This document shows positions 1 to 11,115 of a stretch of DNA of 64,000 bases, one piece after another. The stretch's first letter is position 1; each line of letters opens with the position of its first letter. Below the pieces are notes generated by a model. It did not search any database. It saw only the letters and a list, made by a program, of their open reading frames with translations, and was not told where the DNA came from. This DNA is from Andalucia godoyi And28 (lineage: Eukaryota; Protista; Jakobida). A program made the position numbers and the translations under genes. The stretch covers positions 116,259 through 180,258 of the forward strand of contig VRVR01000057.1 of NCBI GenBank assembly GCA_009859145.1, read 5' to 3'.

Positions 1-207
1 AAACGTGTCATCGTCGTTCACATAGCAGTTGACAAGATGAACTTCCGTCTTCTGGATGCCGTACACGATCTTCGCCTCGCAGTTGTTGAATTGCTTGAAC
101 TTGATCATTTCGAGACCCCATGGCATCGTGCCGAGCGCAGCAATCAGCATGATGATCGTCGAGATCGTCAGCACTGAAATAACAGCCAAAGGTCGGTCTA
201 TCTTCAT
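1..207 (-). CDS. 5' part of a membrane/secreted protein running off the window edge (claudin/PMP22-like first TM helix possible)
   Basis: ATG at 207 opens MKIDRPLAVISVLTISTIIMLIAALGTMPWG..., a hydrophobic N-terminal helix; frame stays open to position 1. This frame is not in the ORF track. Confidence 0.45.
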   Translation of the reverse strand, partial: MKIDRPLAVISVLTISTIIMLIAALGTMPWGLEMIKFKQFNNCEAKIVYGIQKTEVHLVNCYVNDDDTF

Positions 208-817
208 CTTTCGGCAACCGCACGAGCCAATGTTTTCAAGAATGAAAAGGAAAAAAGAAAAGAAAAGAAAAGAAAAGAAAAAAGAAGATGAAACCCCCCT
301 CAACAAAAACGAACGGCGACGAAATAAAAGACGCAAAGGAGAAGAGAAAATCGGCAGGCGGAGGAACCGAGAATCAAAAGGGTAAGTGGAAATTCGGCGG
401 CGGTCATCGCTGGTGCATGGCAAGTGCAAAATGGAGTGAGAGAGAGTCAAGCATCAAGCATGAAGCATCACGTGGCGTGGTTGAAGGGGGAGAGAGCAAA
501 AAAAAACTACTGTAAAAAAAAAGAAAAAAGTAATGTCCCGCCCGCTGTATGAGCACTCTTTTCCGCCGATGTTGATTGGCAGGCTTTTTGTTTTTTCCTC
601 CGCCACTCTTCGAAAGAAGCCGTTTCCCAATCGTTTTCCTCCTCCTACCGAACACTCAATCTATCAGGCATTTTATCAAATTATAATATTCGTATTACTT
701 TTCTTTTTCTTTTTTTCTCTCTCTCTCCTTTCTATTTTTACTTCTTCTTTTCATTTTCTGTTGGTGTTCTCGTTGGTTACTGCCTTTTTTCTTTCTATTC
801 CTTCTTTTCTTACTCTG

Positions 818-818
<1 letters not shown>

Positions 819-853
<35 letters not shown>

Positions 854-860
854 GCGCGCG
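819..860. repeat. (CA)n then (CG)n microsatellite
   Basis: Directly visible. Confidence 0.9.
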
Positions 861-998
861 CACAAACTACCGCAGCTGCTTGACCTCTTTTTTCCCCCCT
901 TTTCTCTTTTACTTTCCTTTTCTTTTCAAGTACACGCTTTATTCTAGTAGGGTTTTCCCCACCCCATTTCGAATTTCGGGTCCTTTGAAAATCTCGAA

Positions 999-3900
999 AT
1001 GTCGAATCCTTTTGAACACATGTTCTTTCCGTTGAGCGAGCCGAGCACGGCCTCGAGCTCGAACACGCTAGCGTCGGTTCTTCATGCACGGGCAAGTGAC
1101 GATCTGTTTCGCGATAAGCTTTTGTACACGTTTCTGGACAGCACTGGACGCGAAGAAGCGAATCTCTCATTTTCGACATTACTTGCGTATGCGTCTTTGC
1201 TGGCGGAGGAGCTTGCACGAACGTACTCGGTGAAAGAGACGGACCGCGTCCTCATCTTGACTCCGACACACGCTGCATTTCCAGTGTCTTTCTTGGCTTG
1301 CTTGTTGGGCAAGTTTGTCGCAGTTCCTGTTGCAGTCCCTTTCGATGAGCGTGGCATTGAGCGCCTGCTGGCCATTCAAAAGGACTCGGACTCGAAGGTG
1401 GTTCTTGTAACCTCCATGATGCGACCGTTTGAAGACATGTTTGAGAACCTCACCATGGTGTATGTCGATCAGTGGATGTCGAAAATAGAGAGTGCAAAAG
1501 GAAAGGCAGTCGCCCCGGAGGAAAATGTGTTGCGTTCGCAGATTGCGCATCAGAAGATGGAGGATCTGGCGTTTTTGCAGTACTCCTCCGGCTCCACAGG
1601 AATGCCAAAGGGCGTTATGGTCGACAATTCCAATCTGACTGCAAATCACGAGATGATCAGACGTCGCTTGAACGCTACAGCGAGCGACACAATTGTTTCT
1701 TGGTGTCCTGCATATCATGATATGGGTCTCATTGGAAATGTGCTGTTTGCTGCGTACGTTGGTGCGAGACTGATTTTGCTTTCTCCCGTGGATTTCATCA
1801 GGAGACCACAGCTTTGGCCCCTGACGATCTCAAAATATAAGGGAACTATTTCTGGCGGTCCTAATTTTGGCTATGAATTGCTTGTCAGAAAGGTATCCGA
1901 TGCGGACTGGGCCAAGCTGGATTTCTCTTCTTGGAGGGCTGCATTTTCTGGAGCCGAAATGGTGAGAGCATCCACAATCCGTTCGTTCGCTGAGCGATTC
2001 GGACCCAGGGGTTTCCGCAATTCTGTGTGGTGGCCGTGCTACGGACTCGCGGAAGCGACACTCATGGTAACGGCACCAAAGCAGTTGGTGGATCCCAGGA
2101 TTCTCAAGTTTTCCGATCATCCTGACCTTGGAAAAAAGAACCCATGGATTGTGGCTGCTGACAAGGAATTTGTTTCCGTCGGAGAGATGGCAGACGGCCT
2201 TGACATTCGAATTGTGAATCCGGAGTCGTGTGTTGCCAAGGGCCCGCAAGAAGAAGGCGAAATATGGGTTTCTGGCCCGAACGTTTGCCGTGGGTATTGG
2301 AAAAAGGAGGAGCTCAATGGCGGCTTGTTCTTTGCGCAGATCGCAGGGGAAGCCTCTGGAAAGAGATACCTTCGTACCGGTGACATGGGCTTTTTCTTTG
2401 AAGACCAACTGTACATCACTGGCCGCATCAAGGACATTCTCAAGATTAATGGTGTTAACATTTTCCCAACAGATATCGAACAGGCTGCTGAGCTATCCTT
2501 CTCAGACATTCGTCCCGGTTGTTCCGCTTGCTTCGGCTATGCGCCTCCAGGACAAGGAGAACAAGCCGTCATTTTTGTGGAGCAGGCCAAGGGCGTTGCA
2601 GGGCAGTATGACGATGTCTGGTTTTCTCGTTTCCAGGCACTCATTTCTTCCAAGTTTCGTCTGCAAATGTATGCTGTAGTGGTTCTGACGGAAAGAGTGG
2701 TTCCGAAGACGTCATCGGGGAAAATTCAACGTTATGCTTGCCGGAGAATGTTTGAGGATAATATATCGCAAAACCCTGCGGTTGTTGCCATGAAGGTTTT
2801 CGCGTCAGATTCGACGAGCCGAACCGCCGTTGACAATGAAGCTTCTTCGGAGCAACCTGCGGAGAGCACGTCGTTGATCACAAATGACGATTCAGATCTT
2901 CAATCCTTCGGCCAGCGCCTGCGATCTTCGTCGTCCATTGCAGCGTTCAAAAGCGTTTTGCGCGACTGGATTGCAGCAGAATTCGCAGTCAAGCCGAATG
3001 ATATCCGTGATCGGGATAATTTTGCAACTTACGGCTTGAATTCGGCAACCGCTGTGTCCACGGCAGAGCGCTTAGGTCAGAGTCTGCAGGTGAAGCTGGG
3101 TCCGGACACGCTGTTCCAGCACTCGACGATGGACGCATTAACGTCCCATCTTGCCGCCAAATTGAGTTTGTTCGGAAAAGGTGTTCCCACAACGAGTACA
3201 GACGATGCCTCAGTGACCAAGACCGTTCTGGAGCAATCTGCAGCGCCGTCGTCTGTCGTTCAAAAGGAAATCGCAGTGGTGGGAATCAGTTTGCGACTCC
3301 CATGCGTGTCTTCTGTCTCAGACCTTTGGAAAGCCTTAATGGAAGGAAAGGAATGCCGCAATGCGGTGAAGAGGTCTCGGTTTATTGATTCAGATCCGTC
3401 GGAGGGCGACGAGTCTGTGGAAGGTTACTTCTTGGATAATATTTCAGAATTTGACCACAAGTTCTGGAAGATATCTCACGCGGAAGCCGCAATGATGGAT
3501 CCCCAGCACCGTATTCTTCTCGAACTGGCAGTGGAATGTTTGCATGACAGTGGGGCTGCAATATCGGACGTCAAGGGGCTGGACATCGGAGTGTATGTCG
3601 GGCTGTCTGGACACGAGTACTCGATCTTGACTTCTGGCTTGAAGGCACAGTCCTCAGCGCAAGCGTCCTATGTTGCAACTGGCGGATCTGGTGCCATGGC
3701 AGCCAATCGCATTTCATATTTGCTGGATCTGCACGGACCATCCATGTCTGTTGATACTGCTTGTTCATCGTCTCTGGTGGCACTGGATTTGGCTTTCCAA
3801 GACTTGCGCCAGGGGAAGACGACGTCGGCATTGGTTGCTGCCTCGAACCTCATTCTTACTCAAGGATTGTGCACCTCGTTGGAAAAGGCAGGATTTCTTG

Positions 3901-6900
3901 CTCCCGATGGTCGTTGCAAGACCTTTGATGCGTCCGCAGATGGGTATGGTCGTGCAGAGGGCGCATGCATGGTGTTGTTGAAGCCTCTTGAAGATGCCAT
4001 CCGTGAGGGAAATAGAATTTATTCTGTCGTCCTGGGAACACACTCCAATTCCAATGGTCGATCAATGAGCCAAACAGCTCCGTCGTTTGACGCACAGGTT
4101 CGCTTGATGAAGTCTGCCTACGAATCCTACGGCTTGAATCCCGCGGACGTATTTTACGTTGAAGCTCACGGCACGGGAACCAGTGCTGGCGATCCCATTG
4201 AAAGCAAAGCACTGGGCGACGTCATTGGACAAGGGAAAAATCGTCTGAGTCCGTGCATGGTTGGCTCCATCAAGTCAAACATTGGACACACGGAAGCTGC
4301 TGCAGGTCTTGCTGGTTTCATCAAGGCTTCGTTGATCGCATTCCATGGAGTAATTCCGCCCACGCTCCACGTGAAGCAGCTGAATCCTTCGATTGATTTC
4401 GGAGGGATGAATTTGAAGGTAGCTCTGCAGGTCATGCAATGCCCTGAAAATGGGCTGATCGGAATCAATTCTCTTGGTTTCGGGGGAACGAACGCGCATG
4501 CCATTTTGCGCAGAGTCAAACCATCTGAGAGGGAGAACATAGAGAAGATTCTGTCAGAATCCTTGAAGTCTCTGTCGGTGAAAGATGCTTCTGAACCGCA
4601 AGTCATGAAGTGGCGCAAAAAGTATGCGCAGGAACCGGTCCCATTGCCGATTTCCGGAATGACATCCGAAGGACTTGCTAAGTATGCAAAGAAACTGGAA
4701 GATTGGGCGACCGAGTCAGGTGTTGACTTGTTGGACGTTGCCGCTGCCTTGGCTGTCGCAGAACATTACGAGAAGCGATTTGCCCCGTTAGTCGGGTCCG
4801 TTCAAGAAATTGCAAAGGCTCGCGACGGTGTTTCTCGCAGCACCAACAACAATCAAGCCTCCCAGCTGGCTTTCGTCTTCTCAGGACAGGGTTCCGAGTG
4901 GATCGGGATGGGAAAAGCGCTCTATTTGCGGTCTCCCGTCTTCCAAAAAGCCGTGGACAATGTGGACAGCTTGCTGTCTGCAGAATTTGACATTTCCATT
5001 GCCGAAGAGCTTCTGCGTGAGCGTCCTGATGATGAGAATGAGAAATGGAATACCGACTATGCTCAGCCCCTGTTGTTTTCTGTTCAGTGGGCTCTGACGG
5101 TCCTGCTGAAAAGTCTAGAAATCACACCAACAGTCTGCGTCGGCCACTCTGCGGGAGAAATAGCGGCGGCGGCAGCTGCCGGCATTCTGGACTGGAAGCT
5201 GGCGGCCCGTCTTGCGGCTCTTCGTGGACGGTACATGAACGAATGCACTGGCAACGGAGGCATGCTTGCTGTGGAGCTGTCGGAGGAAGATGTCTCTGAC
5301 AGCGTTGGTGGAGACATGATGGCGCGTTCCGTTGTTCTTGCCACTGTCAATTCCTCCAGTTCTTGCGTGTTGTCCGGTCCGATCAAGGAACTCCAGGACA
5401 TTGAACAGGATCTTCGTTCCAAGAAAGTGCGTGTGAAATTCATTACGAAATCCTATGCGTTTCATCATCCGTCGCTGTCTTCTGCGGCTTCAAAGCTAAA
5501 GGAGCGCCTTGAGAAGGACTGCATTCTTGTTTCTGGAGTCGCGACTGCAGGATTTGTCTCAACATCGGAATTGTTCTCTGTTCAGGCTGGCGAGCGGTGT
5601 GTGCGCCTTGCTGAGCCGGCCTATTGGGCATGCCAGATCACGAATCCTGTCCGATTCCGCGACGCTGCTGTGAATTCTTTTAGTCAATTTGGCATGGATG
5701 CGTTTGTGGAGATTTCTCCGCATCCAGTGCTGCTCCCTCGTCTTGCGGAGATTGTGGAGGTGCTCTCCAATCTTCTATCTGGTACTCGTTCGATACTGGT
5801 CCTCGAAAGTCTCAAACGAGGTGGTAACGATCGAAGCAGTTTTCTGCGCGTCGTTGGGGATCTTTGGGCCGCCGGATATCCCGTGGCATGGCATCGGTTG
5901 TTTGGAGTTCCCGCGTCAAAGGTCGATAAGGTTCGCCTACCTGCGTATTCGTGGGATCGCGTCCCTTGTTGGGTAGACGGAAAGATTCAAAACGCCGTCT
6001 CAGTCGCCGGAAACGGAGGCACACATGCGTTGGGAGCGTCCTCAGTCCCTGGCGCTGACGATGTGGATCTGTCCAACACGGATGTGTCCTATTTGGCACC
6101 GATCATTGCGAGTTTGTTTGCGGAATTCATGGATATCAAGACGGATGAAATCAAGTTCGAACGTCCGCTGCAGGATTATGGCATGGATTCCCTTGCGAAG
6201 GCTCGTTTCAGGAATGTGGTTTTTGATGTGTTTGGAGTTCGTTTCCCAATGCACATTCCCCAGGAATTGATCACCATCGACTTCTTGGCAAACAACGTAT
6301 CGGAGCAATTGGGGGAGGTTGCAAAACGCGACTCTGTGCAGGTTGCACACTCCACCTCTCATGACTCCGGTTCTGCCACGTCAGCGCCAGCACAGAGTGC
6401 GGTGACTGGTCCAGTTCAAGCCAACCGCGGTCGAATTCGAATCGAAGCCGATCTGTCAGAGGATATCAAGGAATTCCAGGAGCGAATGAAGGTAATTGAC
6501 AAGTACAAGATCGAGAATCCGTTTTACCGAGTTCAAGATTCGGTTTCGGAGAACATTGCGATCATTAATGGCCGTCGTCTCGTCAATTTTTCGTGCTACA
6601 ACTACTTGGGTCTCAGCGGATCAGCGACGCTGAACGAAGCCGCAAAACAGTCCATTGATAAGTTTGGAACGTCCGTTTCGGGCTCTCGCATCCTGTCTGG
6701 AGAAAAGACGGTGCATCGTGAACTGGAGGCGGAGCTGGCGAGCTTCCTCGGATGCGAGGATGCTCTAGTTATGCTTGGTGGCCATTCGTGCAATGAATCG
6801 ACAATTGGACATATTGTTGACGCGGATTACGACCTGATTATTGCTGACGAGGCCGTCCACAATTCCATCGCAAAGGGAATGCAGTTATCAAAGTGCACGT

Positions 6901-8069
6901 ATGTGATGTTTGCGCATAACGACATGGAAGATCTGGAGGCGAAGCTCACTTTGCATCGGTATGCATACCGTCGGTGTTTGCTGGTGGTTGAAGGACTGTA
7001 CAGCATGGATGCTGACTTCCCCAACCTTTTCCAACTGGTCCGCATCAAAGACAAGTACAAGTGCATTTTGTACATTGATGAAGCTCATTCTTGTGGAGTC
7101 ATGGGCGATACGGGGCGTGGAATCACGGAGCTCTTTCCGATCAACAAGGACGATCCGTCCATTATTTTGATGGGAACGCTCAGCAAAGCACTTGGATCCT
7201 GTGGTGGATATTTAGCTGGAAAGCGAGAGGTCATCAATTATCTTCGTTACACGATTCCGGGCTTCATCTTTTCAGCGGGTATTACCCCGCCGAATACAGC
7301 GTCTGCTCTTGCAGCCGTCCGTGAATTAAAGCGCACAAACGTACGCGTTCGGAATCTGCAGTTTAATGCGCAGCGATTCGCATCTCGTGCTCTTGAGCGC
7401 AAACTGGATGTCCGATTCCGGTTCCCTTCTGGTATTGTCATGGTGCTGTTGTATGACTCGGATCGCTGTGTGGCTGTTTCGGCGATGATGTACGAGCTGG
7501 GGTATTTTGTCAATCCGGCAATATACCCTGCTGTTCCGATGGGCCAGGCTCGTTTACGGTTCTTTTTGTCGTCGCTGCATACTGAAGAGCAGATTGATCA
7601 GTGTGTCGACACTCTGGCAGAGGTGGTTCAACAAGTCTTCCAAGGATCGGAGGATGACATTCGGGAGCTTGCTGCCGGTGCACGCTCCCACCGGATGTCG
7701 CTGCGTGGCGATATGGAATCCATTTCGGCCATTGCGGTTCCTGGGGTGATTCGCCAAGGATGGCTCGTGAAGCGTGGACATCTTCGGAAGAATTGGCTGA
7801 TGCGATGGTTCCGTCTCACTCCAAAGTACTTCAGCTATGGCCCTTCTGAGCACGACCGTGCGAAGAGATCGATCCCGCTTTCTTCCATCCAGTCCGTGAC
7901 CATGCTGGACCAAGCGGTCCTTGGGCAAAAGAACTGCTTCATGGTTAATGGCGGTGGGTTTGTGTTGTACGTGTATGCATCAACCGAGCGGAGTGCCCAG
8001 GAGTGGGTCAATTCGCTGATCAAGGCAAAGCGCGAAGCGAATCTAACAGAATCCAGATGCGATCAATAG
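999..8069 (+). CDS. FAAL-ACP-KS-AT-ACP-alpha-oxoamine synthase-PH megasynthase (RedL-like hybrid PKS with C-terminal PH domain)
   Basis: FAAL motifs FLQYSSGSTGMPKG, CYGLAEATL, YLRTGDMGF, PKTSSGKIQR. ACP1 YGLNS. KS DTACSSSL, EAHGTGT, KSNIGHTE. AT GQGSEW, GHSAGE, YAFH. ACP2 YGMDSL. PLP enzyme NYLGLS, DEAHS, GTLSKALG. PH GWLVKRG..KNW..RWF and EWVNSL. Confidence 0.93.
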   Translation: MSNPFEHMFFPLSEPSTASSSNTLASVLHARASDDLFRDKLLYTFLDSTGREEANLSFSTLLAYASLLAEELARTYSVKETDRVLILTPTHAAFPVSFLACLLGKFVAVPVAVPFDERGIERLLAIQKDSDSKVVLVTSMMRPFEDMFENLTMVYVDQWMSKIESAKGKAVAPEENVLRSQIAHQKMEDLAFLQYSSGSTGMPKGVMVDNSNLTANHEMIRRRLNATASDTIVSWCPAYHDMGLIGNVLFAAYVGARLILLSPVDFIRRPQLWPLTISKYKGTISGGPNFGYELLVRKVSDADWAKLDFSSWRAAFSGAEMVRASTIRSFAERFGPRGFRNSVWWPCYGLAEATLMVTAPKQLVDPRILKFSDHPDLGKKNPWIVAADKEFVSVGEMADGLDIRIVNPESCVAKGPQEEGEIWVSGPNVCRGYWKKEELNGGLFFAQIAGEASGKRYLRTGDMGFFFEDQLYITGRIKDILKINGVNIFPTDIEQAAELSFSDIRPGCSACFGYAPPGQGEQAVIFVEQAKGVAGQYDDVWFSRFQALISSKFRLQMYAVVVLTERVVPKTSSGKIQRYACRRMFEDNISQNPAVVAMKVFASDSTSRTAVDNEASSEQPAESTSLITNDDSDLQSFGQRLRSSSSIAAFKSVLRDWIAAEFAVKPNDIRDRDNFATYGLNSATAVSTAERLGQSLQVKLGPDTLFQHSTMDALTSHLAAKLSLFGKGVPTTSTDDASVTKTVLEQSAAPSSVVQKEIAVVGISLRLPCVSSVSDLWKALMEGKECRNAVKRSRFIDSDPSEGDESVEGYFLDNISEFDHKFWKISHAEAAMMDPQHRILLELAVECLHDSGAAISDVKGLDIGVYVGLSGHEYSILTSGLKAQSSAQASYVATGGSGAMAANRISYLLDLHGPSMSVDTACSSSLVALDLAFQDLRQGKTTSALVAASNLILTQGLCTSLEKAGFLAPDGRCKTFDASADGYGRAEGACMVLLKPLEDAIREGNRIYSVVLGTHSNSNGRSMSQTAPSFDAQVRLMKSAYESYGLNPADVFYVEAHGTGTSAGDPIESKALGDVIGQGKNRLSPCMVGSIKSNIGHTEAAAGLAGFIKASLIAFHGVIPPTLHVKQLNPSIDFGGMNLKVALQVMQCPENGLIGINSLGFGGTNAHAILRRVKPSERENIEKILSESLKSLSVKDASEPQVMKWRKKYAQEPVPLPISGMTSEGLAKYAKKLEDWATESGVDLLDVAAALAVAEHYEKRFAPLVGSVQEIAKARDGVSRSTNNNQASQLAFVFSGQGSEWIGMGKALYLRSPVFQKAVDNVDSLLSAEFDISIAEELLRERPDDENEKWNTDYAQPLLFSVQWALTVLLKSLEITPTVCVGHSAGEIAAAAAAGILDWKLAARLAALRGRYMNECTGNGGMLAVELSEEDVSDSVGGDMMARSVVLATVNSSSSCVLSGPIKELQDIEQDLRSKKVRVKFITKSYAFHHPSLSSAASKLKERLEKDCILVSGVATAGFVSTSELFSVQAGERCVRLAEPAYWACQITNPVRFRDAAVNSFSQFGMDAFVEISPHPVLLPRLAEIVEVLSNLLSGTRSILVLESLKRGGNDRSSFLRVVGDLWAAGYPVAWHRLFGVPASKVDKVRLPAYSWDRVPCWVDGKIQNAVSVAGNGGTHALGASSVPGADDVDLSNTDVSYLAPIIASLFAEFMDIKTDEIKFERPLQDYGMDSLAKARFRNVVFDVFGVRFPMHIPQELITIDFLANNVSEQLGEVAKRDSVQVAHSTSHDSGSATSAPAQSAVTGPVQANRGRIRIEADLSEDIKEFQERMKVIDKYKIENPFYRVQDSVSENIAIINGRRLVNFSCYNYLGLSGSATLNEAAKQSIDKFGTSVSGSRILSGEKTVHRELEAELASFLGCEDALVMLGGHSCNESTIGHIVDADYDLIIADEAVHNSIAKGMQLSKCTYVMFAHNDMEDLEAKLTLHRYAYRRCLLVVEGLYSMDADFPNLFQLVRIKDKYKCILYIDEAHSCGVMGDTGRGITELFPINKDDPSIILMGTLSKALGSCGGYLAGKREVINYLRYTIPGFIFSAGITPPNTASALAAVRELKRTNVRVRNLQFNAQRFASRALERKLDVRFRFPSGIVMVLLYDSDRCVAVSAMMYELGYFVNPAIYPAVPMGQARLRFFLSSLHTEEQIDQCVDTLAEVVQQVFQGSEDDIRELAAGARSHRMSLRGDMESISAIAVPGVIRQGWLVKRGHLRKNWLMRWFRLTPKYFSYGPSEHDRAKRSIPLSSIQSVTMLDQAVLGQKNCFMVNGGGFVLYVYASTERSAQEWVNSLIKAKREANLTESRCDQ

Positions 8070-8211
8070 CGCATTAGAAGAGTCCCCAACGCAGCCTTTC
8101 CCCTTTCTTCTTGTTCCTCTTTTTTCTTTTTTCTTTTTTCGTTTTGTTCTTTTGTAGTCATAAACAATTCTGTGTGTGTGTGTGTGTGAGTGAGTGATGT
8201 ACAATAGAGAG

Positions 8212-9771
8212 TTAGATACTGCTGCTACCAGATTCTACAGCCTCTTCCGATTGGGGTTTGACTGCAGGGCCCGGAGTTGAAGAAGCGGCAGCGCCCAGCA
8301 GCCCTGGGATTCCGATATTCTCAGGCGCAAGTGTCTTGATTTCCTTGATGAGCAGACCCTTTTCGTCTCTGAATTGGTCATCCTCCTTTTCGACCAAGAA
8401 TCCCTCAAGAAAAGCAACCAGCCTCGTCTGATTCTTCCAAAGAATCGCCTTGATTTCTGGGGGCTTATTCGGGTTCGCAACGAAGATCTTGAACACATGG
8501 AAAGCTTCAAACTGAATATTCCTCGATTTGTCCTTGAGCAACGTCATCATGCGCTTCAGATGGTCCGGAACCGCAATGTACTTTGTCATGACCTTGAAGT
8601 TTGTTCTGTCCAACAACAGCTCTCCCAAAAGCTTGAGAGACTGTCTGCGCGTCACGTAGTTTTCACTCGAGAGCAGAGCGTTGTACCGGGTAAAGAACGT
8701 TTCGAACCGGCTAAGCATGTATTCCGCAGCTGGAGCTTTGTGTTTCGTCAATGCCTCCTTGAACGTCGCAAGCGCATCGGACTGAACGTCAAAGTTGGAT
8801 GAATCCAAGTATGGGAAAAAGAGTTCGATCCGGCCAGCCTCTGGATCCAATGGAGCCGTAAGCACGATTGTAGACAGCGAAGCAGACGATCCAGTCGATG
8901 AAAACGGGGCGCTCGGAGTCGGGGAAGAAGAAGAGGACGTCGGTGTTGAGGCAAACAGGTTCGTAGCTGACAGCTGCGACGAGAGGGACATGAGAGAATT
9001 TGACGATGGGATCGAGGACAGGTCTGCGGATTGCGACGATGAAGTGACCAGCGTAGCAAGCACAGACGGCGAGTCCATCGACGTTCCCGAGAGTGAATGT
9101 GAGAGCAGCAGCGAATGCGAGTGGGAAAGAGTTGGAGTTGAGTTTGTGGAGCTGGATGACCCAGAGCCCGAATTCGACGAGCTCAGAGATGCAAGCTGAA
9201 TATTCTTTGAGGCCTGTCCATAGATGAGGACACGCGTTTCCTCGAACAGAGGAGCGCAGGCAGTCGTTATCGGAGAAGGGGTGGTCTTGATACTAGCAAA
9301 GAACAGACGCGCGACGGAGTCCAACCGCAGAGCTTCCCGGAGCATGAGCCCGCAGTTCAGCGCGATTTCAGGGACCCGGTATCCAAGAAGCAGCAGTTCG
9401 AGGATTTCAGGATCGGCAACCTTTGACGGATTTCGCTTGGCAACAAGCGAAAACGCCTGCACAATGTCCTTGCGAGCCTCAAAAGACAGCCGAACCATGC
9501 ACTTGCACAACAGGACCAACGTGCAGCCATGCATCAATGCCTCGCCCAGCGCATCTGGGTCTTCCGTAAGCAACCCCTTGAATAGCCCAAGGTACTTGAC
9601 CAGGTCTTCCTGCGCCTTCCGCACGATCTTTGAATCTCCTGCATCCGATGACATCGTATGCACAACAGTCGTAGTCGTACTTTCGAAATTCGACACTACA
9701 ACCAGAGTTGACAGCGCGCTGCATAGCCGGTTGCACACTTCCGCCGGCGTCTTTTTGCGCCTCACAAACAT
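8212..9771 (-). CDS. CAB39: Mo25/CAB39 family scaffold with a long Ser-rich insertion
   Basis: [66 protein letters not shown]. Confidence 0.93.
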   Translation of the reverse strand: MFVRRKKTPAEVCNRLCSALSTLVVVSNFESTTTTVVHTMSSDAGDSKIVRKAQEDLVKYLGLFKGLLTEDPDALGEALMHGCTLVLLCKCMVRLSFEARKDIVQAFSLVAKRNPSKVADPEILELLLLGYRVPEIALNCGLMLREALRLDSVARLFFASIKTTPSPITTACAPLFEETRVLIYGQASKNIQLASLSSSNSGSGSSSSTNSTPTLSHSHSLLLSHSLSGTSMDSPSVLATLVTSSSQSADLSSIPSSNSLMSLSSQLSATNLFASTPTSSSSSPTPSAPFSSTGSSASLSTIVLTAPLDPEAGRIELFFPYLDSSNFDVQSDALATFKEALTKHKAPAAEYMLSRFETFFTRYNALLSSENYVTRRQSLKLLGELLLDRTNFKVMTKYIAVPDHLKRMMTLLKDKSRNIQFEAFHVFKIFVANPNKPPEIKAILWKNQTRLVAFLEGFLVEKEDDQFRDEKGLLIKEIKTLAPENIGIPGLLGAAASSTPGPAVKPQSEEAVESGSSSI

Positions 9772-10275
9772 ATTTCCCTCTAAACTCCCCCCCCCAAAAA
9801 AAAGAATTAAATAAATAATAATAATAAAATTATTATAATGAAAATTTCCCCAAAGTAATTACAAATAATAACAACAATTCTTGCTGTTCTTTACGAGGAA
9901 AAACCAAACCACAACAACAAAGCAAGCAGATAAGGAAACAAAAGGGAAAGGCAAAAGGGAACTTACAGAAATGAGGAATCGGGCAAAATAGACTTAAAGC
10001 AGACAAGATACAAAAACCAGGTCAAAAAACAAAAAAAGCAAGCTAGGGTAAAGCTCTCATTTGCCGAGGGGGGGAAAAAAAGTCCACAATACAAATGGGC
10101 TATCACGCAGCTGTAAGACAGCGTCTGTGATTCATCTTTTCCTTCTACTACAGCAGATGGATGCAGTTTCACAGAAGGCTGGAGCGTCATGGGTTGAAGC
10201 GTGGCAGGCAATGGACAACGCATGCCGGGGTGCACATCTACTGTGTGCAGAAGGGTTCGCAGTTCGACGTTGAGA

Positions 10276-11115
10276 TCAGGGATGCATGCATAGTTCATGT
10301 TCGTTTGGGCCTCCGCAGCATCCGGATTCAATGTCACCGGCGAGATGAGGTTCGGCTCTGAGGATCTCGGCGTCCGTTGGATTCATGGCAAACGCAAGCC
10401 ACCGTTCTACAATACGATGCTTACCATTGCGATCGTAAAACACATCGCATTTTGACTGTGTCTTGACGAACATTCCGAGCGCCTCCAGGACCTCCGTGTT
10501 GAAGTCCGACTGCCAGTTCCGGAATGCAGAATCCCACTCCTCGATGTTCGCACGCATCTTCCCGCACTCTCTTCGGCAAAAGCACGGAAGTGCAACGAGA
10601 AATAACATGCACCGAGCAAGCTGGCCGCACCCCGACACACGTATCGCTCGGATGTCTTCTAATTTGGCAGCCCATTCTTCAAACACCTCGGGGGTCAGTC
10701 CATTTTCAAACAGCTCGTCGGGAATCTGAGGCTCCAGTCCAGTTCCACTGTTCGAGAAGCATCCAACAGCCTTGTAGAGCACGTTCACGCGCTTCAGCTC
10801 GCCATTCGCATACACCAGAACCTTTGGAGGAGCTTGGCGACAGCATCCACCGCGCGCACAGCAACATCCGCTCCTATGCTGCTGCTGTTCCTCCTGCTGT
10901 AGCGACACCTCGCCGGCCGACTCGCCTCCATCACCACCATCCTCATCATCACCATGCCCGTCGGCATGCTGTTTCCCGGCATGCGAAGGTGCCGGCGCAG
11001 ACGCAGACGCAGACGCAGGCGCACACTCCGCGATCGATTCATGCGCGGCGCAGTTGGCGCTAGCATCGGCCGCTCCGCACGGCTGGCCATGTTCGTCTTG
11101 CATCGCACTTGGCAT
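10276..11115 (-). CDS. Hypothetical protein; C-terminal half resembles the ERF4/Golgin-A7 (GCP16) domain
   Basis: First plausible ATG at 11115 (MPSAMQ). Segment IPDELFENGLTPEVFEEWAAKL...CFC...FNTEVLEALGMFV resembles the ERF4 pattern; family call is by eye. Confidence 0.45.
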   Translation of the reverse strand: MPSAMQDEHGQPCGAADASANCAAHESIAECAPASASASAPAPSHAGKQHADGHGDDEDGGDGGESAGEVSLQQEEQQQHRSGCCCARGGCCRQAPPKVLVYANGELKRVNVLYKAVGCFSNSGTGLEPQIPDELFENGLTPEVFEEWAAKLEDIRAIRVSGCGQLARCMLFLVALPCFCRRECGKMRANIEEWDSAFRNWQSDFNTEVLEALGMFVKTQSKCDVFYDRNGKHRIVERWLAFAMNPTDAEILRAEPHLAGDIESGCCGGPNEHELCMHP

